Virus record (IMG/VR): IMGVR_UViG_3300028883_000041
Coordinates: 1-64,000 of that record
Source of the DNA: a virus
Strand: one strand, 5' to 3'
Length of the DNA: 64,000 nucleotides
Position 1 is the first letter of the stretch. The number at the start of each line of letters is the position of its first letter. Below the pieces are notes generated by a model, which saw nothing but the letters and a program-made list of their open reading frames with translations, made no database searches and was not told where the DNA came from. Below are positions 29,510 to 38,931 of this stretch, one piece after another. A program made the translations under genes and the position numbers.

Positions 29510-30873
29510 TTACTCTGTGAGTTTGTGGCACCATTCTCTAAATTTGTTTTCTATCCTATCCCAGATGCTTTGGATAAACGTTTCTATGGAAGTAGCACTT
29601 ATCTCATCATCAACCAGTTTCTTAGTGACTTCTTTCAAGAATATCATCTGGTCATTGATGAAACAATCAAACTCTGCTTTCATTCTCCAAAACTCTAAAC
29701 CAGTCATAATCTTTCTGACTGAGCCATCGGATTTGATACCATATTTGCTTTCTTTACCGTCTTTTATGATGACTTTTTCTATCATCTCTTTATCGAATAT
29801 CTTAGGCATCTCTTCTTCTCCACCAACTGAATAGTCATCATGATAATACTTCTCAGCATCATCGTAGCATTTGATTTTGTTCATGGTATCATCGTAGCTC
29901 TTTGTTTTTATAGCACTAAGGTCTCCAGCAGAGGATTGAAAATGGTCTGCTATTGACTCTATCTCCAGTGTTCTGTCTCTTTCTGGTATATCAAAAGCCT
30001 CATCATGACATAGAGATGTGTATCTCTGCTTCATACGATAATCATAGTCATCGAACAACGCACTTTTTATATCTCCAGATACATAGGCTATGAACTTCTT
30101 ATCACTATCATCTTCCTTTTCTATGATGAATAATTTATCAGTTATCTCGTCTCTAAAGAGAGGGGGATAGTAACCATCACGATATTTTATATCAATGTTG
30201 TTGTCAAGCCAACCCATAAGAGTTATGTCTTTTGATACTAACTCTTTATTCACAGATGAAATAGTTATTCTATTCATCTTTTTACCTTCACAAATCCACC
30301 ACAGTTTTTCTATTAGTTCTCTGTCTTCAGTCATCGTAAGTCACTGCTCCTTGATGTTCCATTGACACACGGAATTTGATATAATTATTATCAAGCATTT
30401 TAACTTCTGCTTCTATTTCTATGGCTTTATTATGTTCTATTATGATATCATATCTATCTCCAAGTTCTTCTTTAAATTTACATCTACCTAATACAGCAAC
30501 TCTTACCAACTCATTACCTAATGAGATAGGGTCTATACTATCTGTTAAATCAAAATACATCTGGAAATACATATAATATTCCATAGCACCTTTTCTCAGT
30601 TTATTGTTTTCATCATGCACATTATTCTGCATTCTTAATCTCCTCTATTATTTCTTCTAATATTCCATCTTCTACTTCATAATGGAAGGCAATTCGATTG
30701 ATTAATTTAACAAAGAACTCATCCTTTGGATACCGTCCAACGTCATAAAACCATTCTTCTTCATATCTATCTCCTCTAAATATATCATTTAGAACTGCTT
30801 TTGTTAATGGATGAAATGATTTATCATTATTATAATCATAATATCCATCTCTAAATTTGTCTTTTTTACTCAT
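29510..30873 (-). other. Three hypothetical ORFs (29510-30334, 30327-30632, 30622-30873)
   Basis: Coupled ORFs downstream of the helicase. Confidence 0.7.
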
Positions 30874-32410
30874 TGAAATTCACCTCTTCTATTATTTCTA
30901 ATTCTGGTATTCGTTCTAAGAAGGTTCCGTCCAGAATTACATCGAACCCTTCTGCTCTCCAAGCTTTCACTCGTTCTACAGAGTGCTCCCATAAATATTC
31001 ACAGTTGTTTGCGTAGTCTATGAATATAGCATTATTCTTATCAGCAGATGTTCTGATTAAACGACCCAATGTCTGGATGCTTCTGGTCTTACTCTTCCAT
31101 GTACCAGCCAATACCATTGCACCTAAGTTAGGAAAGTCAAACCCTTCTCCTACTAATTGGACCGTGCATATCATGATATCTATCTCATCAGTATTCATCC
31201 ACTTATCAAACATCTCTTCTCTGTCTGGATGGTTAGCATCTACACCTACAGCTCTACCCATAGTTTCTTCATCTAAGCTCATCATGGCTTCCAGCATTTT
31301 GATATGTTTTACCCTATCAGTAAGCACTAAAACTTTCTTACCTTTTAACATCCATTTGGCAGCTTCTGTTACTATGAGTGAGTTTCTATGGTCATTATAA
31401 ACAATATAGTCTTCTACTATCTCATTATACTTCTTGTTTCTTGGATAAGACCTCTGTCCTACTGGTCTAAATATCACTGTTGCTTCGGTTGCTCTACCCA
31501 TCTCTACCAAGTCTTTCTGTGTTATTTTTCCTACTACTGGACCAAGATATCCAAGATAGATTATGTCAGTATTATCAGACCTCATATTTACTGTTCCAGA
31601 TAGACCTATTCTATAGTATGCATTAACAGCATCTAATATCTCTCTGGACTGCTTTGTTGAGGCATGATGACATTCATCATAGATGACAGTACCCACATCT
31701 CTCAAAAACAGTCTACAAAGCTCATACTCCTCTTGTTTTTTAGAATTAGTCTTATAGTATATGTTATGGGTATAACTTCTCGTAGCGACCATAAAAACAG
31801 CCTTATTTTTGATTTGGTAAACCCTTGGCATATCAGTTTCTTGCATATCAAAATGGTTCTTCATTCTGGCAACCCATTGTTTTTCTAAGGTGGCGTTAGG
31901 CACGACAATAAGAGTTTTAGTTTTGAATAAATTAATCAGAAACATGGCAAGTTCTGTCTTACCTCCACCAGTACCAACATCTACTATACAACGACCATCA
32001 TACTCAATGATTTCATCAACTACAGCATCTTGAAAATCAAAGAGGTTAATATCATTATATGTTTCTATTTCTTCATACTCTATTGGTGTTATAAAGTTGC
32101 CTTCAACCTCACTATCTGGATATAGACCTAAGACCAGATACCATAATCCAGCTGGAAAAGTCAGTCTCCACTTATCAAGCAGATGAATTCTTCCATCCCA
32201 ATCAAGCCACTCTCTTTTCTTATCAAGTAAATCGAGTTCTTCTTTTCTGGTCTTGGCTCTTGACATCTTATGAGTAATCTCACTAAGTCTGTAATCTCTT
32301 ACCCTTTCTTTTTCTGGATGCTCGTATGACATAACAGAACGTAGTCTTGATATCTGTTCTTTTGTAGCATCTCTCAATTCTGCATGTATGTTACCTATTA
32401 TTATTTTCAA
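30866..32410 (-). CDS. SF2 DNA helicase (UvsW/XPB-like)
   Basis: GTGGGKT, YDECHH, GLSGT, VGEGFDFP, QTLGRLIR. Confidence 0.92.
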   Translation of the reverse strand: MKIIIGNIHAELRDATKEQISRLRSVMSYEHPEKERVRDYRLSEITHKMSRAKTRKEELDLLDKKREWLDWDGRIHLLDKWRLTFPAGLWYLVLGLYPDSEVEGNFITPIEYEEIETYNDINLFDFQDAVVDEIIEYDGRCIVDVGTGGGKTELAMFLINLFKTKTLIVVPNATLEKQWVARMKNHFDMQETDMPRVYQIKNKAVFMVATRSYTHNIYYKTNSKKQEEYELCRLFLRDVGTVIYDECHHASTKQSREILDAVNAYYRIGLSGTVNMRSDNTDIIYLGYLGPVVGKITQKDLVEMGRATEATVIFRPVGQRSYPRNKKYNEIVEDYIVYNDHRNSLIVTEAAKWMLKGKKVLVLTDRVKHIKMLEAMMSLDEETMGRAVGVDANHPDREEMFDKWMNTDEIDIMICTVQLVGEGFDFPNLGAMVLAGTWKSKTRSIQTLGRLIRTSADKNNAIFIDYANNCEYLWEHSVERVKAWRAEGFDVILDGTFLERIPELEIIEEVNFNE

Positions 32411-33186
32411 TGTTATAACCTCTCTTTTTCATCTCATCTACTATGTTTTTAGTTGTAGCCATCCTAATATATTTAGGAGTAGGTAATCTTGGTATTGTTT
32501 CTTCTTGTGGTGTTGGTATTATTGGCAACTCCTTTATCTCTATACAGAAATCTGCTTTTTCGATAAATTCTGGATGGTCTTCTACATCATGTAAAATCGG
32601 ATAAATAACATCACCGTTCCAACCACATCTACAAGAGATATGATTATATAAATCAAATTCAACACCAAGTAATACTTCATGGTTACATCTTGGACACATA
32701 ATATGTTGACAATCATATTCTGTAATTATTTCCATTATCATTTCAATCTCTCCTTATCTCAATTCTTGCTTCACCATCATCGCCTACTACTAATTGCATA
32801 TGCTGGAAGTGTATTATTCTATCTCTATACTCTTCATTCCCTCTTGGGTCAATAGGACTAACTATAACTTCTATACCTTTTTCATTTTCTAATATAACAG
32901 TATAACATTTACCATGAACCATTAACATCTGGTCTTCTGCTACTCTGGTTTTTGTAGTTATTGTTCTAATCTGGTCTGCAACTATATCAGTAGGTTTGGA
33001 TATCTCTTCCAACTCTTTTTCTATCTTCATAAGTTCTAATCGCTTGTTTTCTTTTGCATCTTGAATTTTTATTAATAGTAAATCTCTGTCTTCTCGCTTT
33101 TCTGGTATAGGTATTGTCTTGATATATTCTAACAGTTCTTCATCTGACATTCTTTCTATTTCATTTCTTTTCTTCTCGTTGTACAT
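32391..33186 (-). other. Two hypothetical ORFs (32391-32741 Zn ribbon; 32743-33186)
   Basis: CPRC...CRCGW in the first; coupled spacing. Confidence 0.65.
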
Positions 33187-33388
33187 TTAACCAATCTTCC
33201 TTATCTAAAAACACATATTGGTGTTGTGATAAATCTCGTCCTCCTTCTACTGGACGTTGCTTTTCTATGACTAACAATGTGAGGAAATCTCCATCTTGTA
33301 TATCATATAGTTTTCTTACGGTCTTTGGTATTGTAACCCTACCGTTCTTCTGGACTTCTACCAGTATCTCTCTGTTTTTTAAACTCAT
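33161..33388 (-). CDS. AbrB/MazE/SpoVT family DNA-binding protein
   Basis: VQKNGRVTIPKTVRKLYDIQDGDFL. Confidence 0.85.
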   Translation of the reverse strand: MSLKNREILVEVQKNGRVTIPKTVRKLYDIQDGDFLTLLVIEKQRPVEGGRDLSQHQYVFLDKEDWLNVQREEKK

Positions 33389-34308
33389 AGTATTGCCTCC
33401 TCTATTCTTCTTACAAAGTTAAAATTACAAGTAAATTCTGTTATGAACTTATCTTCTGGTAAGTTAGATTTGATTACTCCTACTTCTTTTTTACCAAGTT
33501 TCTTAGGTTCAGTAGGAACAAAACTGGTGTTCATAAATACTGTCTTACCAAAATCATAGTATCCATTGTATAAGTCTTCAATATAATTGTTAAGTCTGAT
33601 ACTCTTTTCTCTGTCTTTCTTCATAAGTTCTGGTGTAGCAAATATCACTAACCTTACATTGTCCTCTTTAATGAGTGTATCTATAACTTTATCTCCGTTA
33701 GGATAGACATTATCTAATATGATTGTCATCATAGTTTCTTGACCTAATACATCTCTGGCTATGAAATATCTTTTCAGATAGTCTTCTTGAGAGGCTACAA
33801 ATCCTCTATATCCTTTGAAAGCATTAGGTAACAGCTTGGACCAATGACTCAAATGATAATACAATATTTTCTTGGCTGCTTTTTTATCTCGTCCTATAAT
33901 TAAGGTAGGCTCACCAGATTTTATTGATGCTAAGGTTGCTGTTGTTGTTTTACCAGTTAATCTTCCCCATAGATTTATATATAAACCATATTTATTAATG
34001 TCTTCTATCAATCCTTTTTGGTATTTGTAAAGGACTATATTATCTGGTTTATATCCATCTACAAAGAACATGGTCATTGGTCTTCCTCTTTTACTCACAC
34101 TAACACTATATGATTTTACTAACTTTCTATTCATCAGATGATTAAGATGGTCATACAGTGTTGTTCGTGGTATCTCGATATAATTTAACAGTTCATCTCT
34201 ATATGATGCTCCTTTCAGCTTTAAAAGATTGTAAATCGTATTACAAACTGGACAGTCTGTTAAATCATCTAACTCATTATGATAAATCAACTTCTTCATT
34301 CTATTCAA
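33385..34308 (-). CDS. wHTH fused to a degenerate terminase-like ATPase domain
   Basis: IPRTTLYDHLNHL...KRGRP wHTH; WGRLTGKT, IILDNV, VIFATP, FITEFTCNF parallel the TerL motifs. Confidence 0.65.
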   Translation of the reverse strand: MNRMKKLIYHNELDDLTDCPVCNTIYNLLKLKGASYRDELLNYIEIPRTTLYDHLNHLMNRKLVKSYSVSVSKRGRPMTMFFVDGYKPDNIVLYKYQKGLIEDINKYGLYINLWGRLTGKTTTATLASIKSGEPTLIIGRDKKAAKKILYYHLSHWSKLLPNAFKGYRGFVASQEDYLKRYFIARDVLGQETMMTIILDNVYPNGDKVIDTLIKEDNVRLVIFATPELMKKDREKSIRLNNYIEDLYNGYYDFGKTVFMNTSFVPTEPKKLGKKEVGVIKSNLPEDKFITEFTCNFNFVRRIEEAIL

Positions 34309-34358
34309 TACGTTAAAAAGGGTAATATATAAAAGTTTCGATAAAAATAGTTAGAAGC

Positions 34359-34919
34359 CTAATCATCTTCATTTTCTATTTCTTCTCTAATCTTAGCCAG
34401 ATGTATTGAAAACGAGTCTTCATTAGATTTGGCAACTGTTTTACTTCTACGTTCTTTAGGTGTAGCGAGTAATTCTTTTTGAACACGAAGATATTCTTTA
34501 GTATAATCAGAAATAGTTTTATGATTGGATTTTAATAGTTGTACTGCTTCTTTAACCCCTTGGAATTCTGAACGTTCATCAAAGATAGCAAGTTTGGACG
34601 CACTTCTCCAAGCACCTTTGAGCTGGATAAACCCTAACATGATTAACATTTTATCTTTAGGATTACCCCCTTGAGCCATAATCTCTTTAAGATGTTCTCT
34701 GAAAAGATTACGTTCTATCTGGCAGTTACCATGCTCTTGATATACTTTACACCCATGCTGGGCAAATATACAGTTATCGCAACGAGTATAAGTATACTCA
34801 ATAAAATCTTCTGTTTCAAGTAGTATAATTTTTTCATCTGCATCTACAACAGCTGAAGGCATGTTAATAAAGTCTTCGTTTTCTAAATCTGTCATAGGGT
34901 TAGGCAAATCTTCACTCAT
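34359..34919 (-). CDS. Putative terminase small subunit
   Basis: Adjacent and divergent to TerL; LLATPKERR resembles the P27-type TerS motif; CDNC..C..C. Confidence 0.5.
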   Translation of the reverse strand: MSEDLPNPMTDLENEDFINMPSAVVDADEKIILLETEDFIEYTYTRCDNCIFAQHGCKVYQEHGNCQIERNLFREHLKEIMAQGGNPKDKMLIMLGFIQLKGAWRSASKLAIFDERSEFQGVKEAVQLLKSNHKTISDYTKEYLRVQKELLATPKERRSKTVAKSNEDSFSIHLAKIREEIENEDD

Positions 34920-34969
34920 GAGTTATATTACAAGAAAGTATATATAAAGGTAGTCACTCTCATATAATC

Positions 34970-36601
34970 ATGGACAGCGATGATATCATACATAAGATTG
35001 CCAGAGGGATGGTAGAAAATCCAGTATTATTCATCGAGCAGACCATGGGAAGAACACCTTACTATTATCAAGAAGAGTTGCTTAGAAGTGAGGATAGGTT
35101 CTTAGTAGCATGTTGGGCAAGACAGACTGGTAAGAGTTGGATAGTTAGACAGAAGGCTATCTATGAAGCTTTTACTAAACCAGACCAATTGATTATTATT
35201 ATCTCAGCAACAGAAAGACAAGCACTACATTTCTATCGTTTGATGATGCAAGAGATAGAGAGTTCTGATTTGTTGGTTAATGAGATAGCAAGATTTACTA
35301 AGACCATGGCAGTTCTAAAAAACGGTAGTCAGATTATCTGTCTGGCACCAAGTGAGAAATCTGTCAGAGGTTACTCAGCAGATATGGTTATCTTAGATGA
35401 AGCAGATTTTATACCAAGAGAAGTAATCGTTGCTGTAGAACAGACCATAGTAGCAAGAAGAGGAAAGATGATAATGATATCTACCCCATCACCAGAAGGT
35501 GTGGGAGGATTATTCTATCAATACTTTAATGATGCTATGGAAGCACATAAGAGAGGAGAAGAATTTGGAAGTGCTGGATATAAAGCATTTCATTATGATT
35601 ACACAGTAGGCTTACAAGTCACTCGTAAAGAAGGTAAGCATTGGGTTACTCAGTTGGACCCAGAAATGGTTAGAAGAAAACAACAGACCATGGCTGAGTG
35701 GGAGTGGAAGAGAGAATACATGGCTACATGGGCTGATGATGTAGGAACGTATTACAACAGATTACATATAGAAGCATGTACCAATCCAGATTATAAGATG
35801 GTCTATAGACAGTTAGAGAAAGGAGTTAAAGAATATGTTGGAGAATTCCCAGACCAATTTGGTGGAGTGACTTTCGCTGGGATGGATTTTGCTAAGCAAA
35901 TAGACAACACTGTCTTATGTATTATTAGAATGGTCTCTGATGGTAAATATAAGATAGTTTATTTCTTAGAAATGAATGGAACAGACTATGCTAAGCAAGG
36001 TGCATATATCATAGCAGCAATAACAAAATACAGAGTAGAAAAAGCATGGGCTGATAGAACTGGTGTAGGAGAAGCTTTTGTTGATTACCTTAATAGGATT
36101 ACCAGAAATTCTAACGCTTCATTATATCTTCAACAAATTGAACCAGTATATTTAACTAACATGAAGAAACAAGAAATATTTGGTAATTCTTTTCCTTATG
36201 TAGCACAACAATTAGTAGAGTTTCCAGTCCATAAACAATTCAAACAAGAGATGATACATCTTAAGAGAGAAGTAACTCCAGAAGGGAACTTGAAGATAGT
36301 AGGACCAGAAGAGATGAGTGATGTCAATGATGATTACCCAATGGCTTTTGCTCTGGCTATGATGTGTGAATATAATCCTAACTATGGACCAGCCTTTGTA
36401 CAAAATACTCCTTCTTATGCTGATAGTCCTATTCATAAAGAAAGACAACGAGATGCTTTTAGTGAAAAACAGATACCAGCTTATAGAGATGATGATGACT
36501 TATCTATGTTCTATAATCCAGATAAATTAAATACTACCTTTGGTTTTTCTTTCAATAGAGGTAGTGCAAGAGGTAGAAAAAGAAGGAAAGATTTATTATA
36601 A
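34970..36601 (+). CDS. terL: Terminase large subunit
   Basis: WARQTGKS, VRGYSADMVILDEAD, MISTP, REYMA; nuclease GMDFAKQIDNT, DRTGVG, NDDYPMA. Confidence 0.95.
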   Translation: MDSDDIIHKIARGMVENPVLFIEQTMGRTPYYYQEELLRSEDRFLVACWARQTGKSWIVRQKAIYEAFTKPDQLIIIISATERQALHFYRLMMQEIESSDLLVNEIARFTKTMAVLKNGSQIICLAPSEKSVRGYSADMVILDEADFIPREVIVAVEQTIVARRGKMIMISTPSPEGVGGLFYQYFNDAMEAHKRGEEFGSAGYKAFHYDYTVGLQVTRKEGKHWVTQLDPEMVRRKQQTMAEWEWKREYMATWADDVGTYYNRLHIEACTNPDYKMVYRQLEKGVKEYVGEFPDQFGGVTFAGMDFAKQIDNTVLCIIRMVSDGKYKIVYFLEMNGTDYAKQGAYIIAAITKYRVEKAWADRTGVGEAFVDYLNRITRNSNASLYLQQIEPVYLTNMKKQEIFGNSFPYVAQQLVEFPVHKQFKQEMIHLKREVTPEGNLKIVGPEEMSDVNDDYPMAFALAMMCEYNPNYGPAFVQNTPSYADSPIHKERQRDAFSEKQIPAYRDDDDLSMFYNPDKLNTTFGFSFNRGSARGRKRRKDLL

Positions 36602-36603
36602 TC

Positions 36604-38226
36604 TTACCAATCGTAATTTTCTGTTATAGAATACAGAGCTATTGATGAGGTATTTCCTACATTGACTGTATTAGCTTCTATTTTGACCCTATATTGTCTT
36701 GTAGAACTAACTACTGGAGTAACTGCAACTTCTAATGTCCAGTATTCTGTTAACGTTTCATCAGCATCACAAGCTTCACAATTATGAGTGTCAGAACCAC
36801 AAGAAGTCCAAGAACCTAAAGTAGGACTGCTATCTCTGTATTGTAAAGTCATAGTAATGCTTTGACTTCCTAACCAAGTTTCAGTTAATTCATTATACCA
36901 ACCAATAGTAATACATTTCCCTCTTAAATCGAGTTGACTACAACCTTCAGATATATTTATAGGTAAATAAATTATATTCTCATGAGTTCCTTGAGACCAA
37001 CTTTCAGCTAAATGATTATGATATGTAGCATCATCCCAATCAAAATTAGCAGTATCTCCAGTCGCATTAAGATAATTCTCAAATGTATGAGTTCTCTTTC
37101 TTGTTTCAGTAACTGTCAAATCATTGACTGTAACATCTTTAAGATTAGCATCCCCAGCGTTATCTACATAATAGGTTGTACCACCAGCAAAATTGACTTG
37201 ACCAGTTACACTGAGAGCACCAGTAACATCAAGCGTTTCTGCTACAGTACCACTACCAGTTATATCTACATCATGAACTGTAGTTTTTCCAGTAACATCT
37301 AAAGTCTCAGTAACAGTTCCGCTACCTCCTATGACTAAATCATCTACTGTAGTTAATCCAGTTACATCGAGAGTTTCTGCAATAGTACCAGACCCACCTA
37401 TTACAATATCATCCACTGTGGTTAATCCAGTGATGTCTAAAGTCTCTGCTATTGTACCGCTACCACCAATAACTAAATCATCAACGGTTGTAAGACCAGT
37501 TACATCTAACGTCTCTGCTATGGTTCCACTTCCTCCAACAACTAAATCATCTATAGTTCCAATTTTGGTTACGGTTAAATTGTCTGGAACAGTAATAGTT
37601 CCAGATGTCATTGTTAAAAGGACTTTCCCTTTATAATCTTTAACTCTCATAGACTCTTCGTTTAATGATATCCATTCATTAGCTCTAACTTCTGGATAAT
37701 CATCACTATGAAGATTAGTTACAGCAGATACGCCACTGGCTGCATCTCTGGTTATTAACGCTATTGGTAATACATTATCTGGTATTTCAGCATCAGAACC
37801 ACTCTCCCAAACATAAAATACTTCTCCACTTTCATCTCTGATATTACCAACACTGTCGGTAATACTATCAGCAGCTTCATTAACGTAAATACCTACTATT
37901 CTCTCACCAGCTACTGTTGTTTCTTGATATAAATCTGTAACAAGAATATTAGTTGTTCCACTTGTGAACCACCATCTCCCATTTACTAAAGCTGCACCAG
38001 ATGATATATCGAAAGAAGTTCCAGCACCACTGCTGATACCAAGACCCCATCTAACTCTTGATTGTGGACCTAAATCTAACATATCTTCTATAGTTCTTTG
38101 AGCATTGGTAAGTATAGACCTTTCATTTCCAGAAGCATTCCACTGCATATCTTCTATTACTATACCTCCACCGTCTTGAACATTTGATTGAGTTATATGT
38201 CTTTTACTAATTGATTCTTTTGCCAT
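36604..38226 (-). CDS. Tail fibre-like protein with 23-aa repeats
   Basis: Last gene of baseplate module; GGSGTIAETLDVTGLTTVDDLVI repeats. Confidence 0.7.
   Translation of the reverse strand: MAKESISKRHITQSNVQDGGGIVIEDMQWNASGNERSILTNAQRTIEDMLDLGPQSRVRWGLGISSGAGTSFDISSGAALVNGRWWFTSGTTNILVTDLYQETTVAGERIVGIYVNEAADSITDSVGNIRDESGEVFYVWESGSDAEIPDNVLPIALITRDAASGVSAVTNLHSDDYPEVRANEWISLNEESMRVKDYKGKVLLTMTSGTITVPDNLTVTKIGTIDDLVVGGSGTIAETLDVTGLTTVDDLVIGGSGTIAETLDITGLTTVDDIVIGGSGTIAETLDVTGLTTVDDLVIGGSGTVTETLDVTGKTTVHDVDITGSGTVAETLDVTGALSVTGQVNFAGGTTYYVDNAGDANLKDVTVNDLTVTETRKRTHTFENYLNATGDTANFDWDDATYHNHLAESWSQGTHENIIYLPINISEGCSQLDLRGKCITIGWYNELTETWLGSQSITMTLQYRDSSPTLGSWTSCGSDTHNCEACDADETLTEYWTLEVAVTPVVSSTRQYRVKIEANTVNVGNTSSIALYSITENYDW
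37220..37560 (-). repeat. About five 69-bp (23-aa) coding repeats
   Basis: Repeated DDLVIGGSGTIAETLDVTGLTTV units with synonymous divergence. Confidence 0.85.
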
Positions 38227-38227
38227 T

Positions 38228-38926
38228 TTATCTCACTTCTACTTTTATTCTAAATTTAATGCCTAAAGGCTTTACTAAGTTTACTACTTGTCTAAGTAAT
38301 AATCTTTTTTCTGTTTGGTTCCAGTATTCGTATCCACGAGTGTCTGTAATATCATACGTTCCACTGATTAAATATATTGTTATATCAAACGCTTCTGCAT
38401 CAGAATTTGTAGACCAATAACTGTAATGAACTGTTTCATCTCTGGGACCACTTGCTATGGTACTCCATAAAGACACACCAGCATCATTATAATAATATAT
38501 CGTTCCATCTTGAGATGGGTCTTCGATACGGATGTTTGTGGTAGTTTGCCAAGTTTCACTTTGGAAGGCACCACTACCTATGTAATGATAAATTGCTCGT
38601 TTAATACTGTCTTCATTTCCTCCTCCTTCAAACTCAGACCAATATTTTTCTGCTCTTGTAGATAAGTTTGTAGTTGTTTCTTGAGGGAATTTAGTCATAC
38701 CCCAATACAATATGTTATCTTCAAGAGGTTGCCCAACAGCATTGATAAGTTCTCTATCTTCATCTCTGATATCATGATAATTCTTCAATGTATCATAAAC
38801 TTGCATGATTGCTAAGAATAATCTGTGAGCATTACTATCATCATCTTTGAAAAAAGCAGACGGATAATATTGATACGGACCACTGCCAATCAGTTCTCCA
38901 AATGTTTTTTCATATGCTGTTGTCAT
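38228..38926 (-). CDS. Baseplate wedge protein (P2 gpI-like)
   Basis: Follows baseplate J; AVGQPLE...GGGNEDSIKRAI...VNLVKPLGIKF. Confidence 0.65.
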   Translation of the reverse strand: MTTAYEKTFGELIGSGPYQYYPSAFFKDDDSNAHRLFLAIMQVYDTLKNYHDIRDEDRELINAVGQPLEDNILYWGMTKFPQETTTNLSTRAEKYWSEFEGGGNEDSIKRAIYHYIGSGAFQSETWQTTTNIRIEDPSQDGTIYYYNDAGVSLWSTIASGPRDETVHYSYWSTNSDAEAFDITIYLISGTYDITDTRGYEYWNQTEKRLLLRQVVNLVKPLGIKFRIKVEVR

Positions 38927-38931
38927 TTATA

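Noticed and set aside
33161-33388. AbrB protein as antitoxin of a toxin-antitoxin pair
   Set aside because: Neighbouring ORFs show no PIN, MazF or other toxin motif
15947-36601. Inteins or introns in PolB, helicases or TerL
   Set aside because: Motif spacing is normal; no LAGLIDADG or HN-C/S/T splice junction noticed
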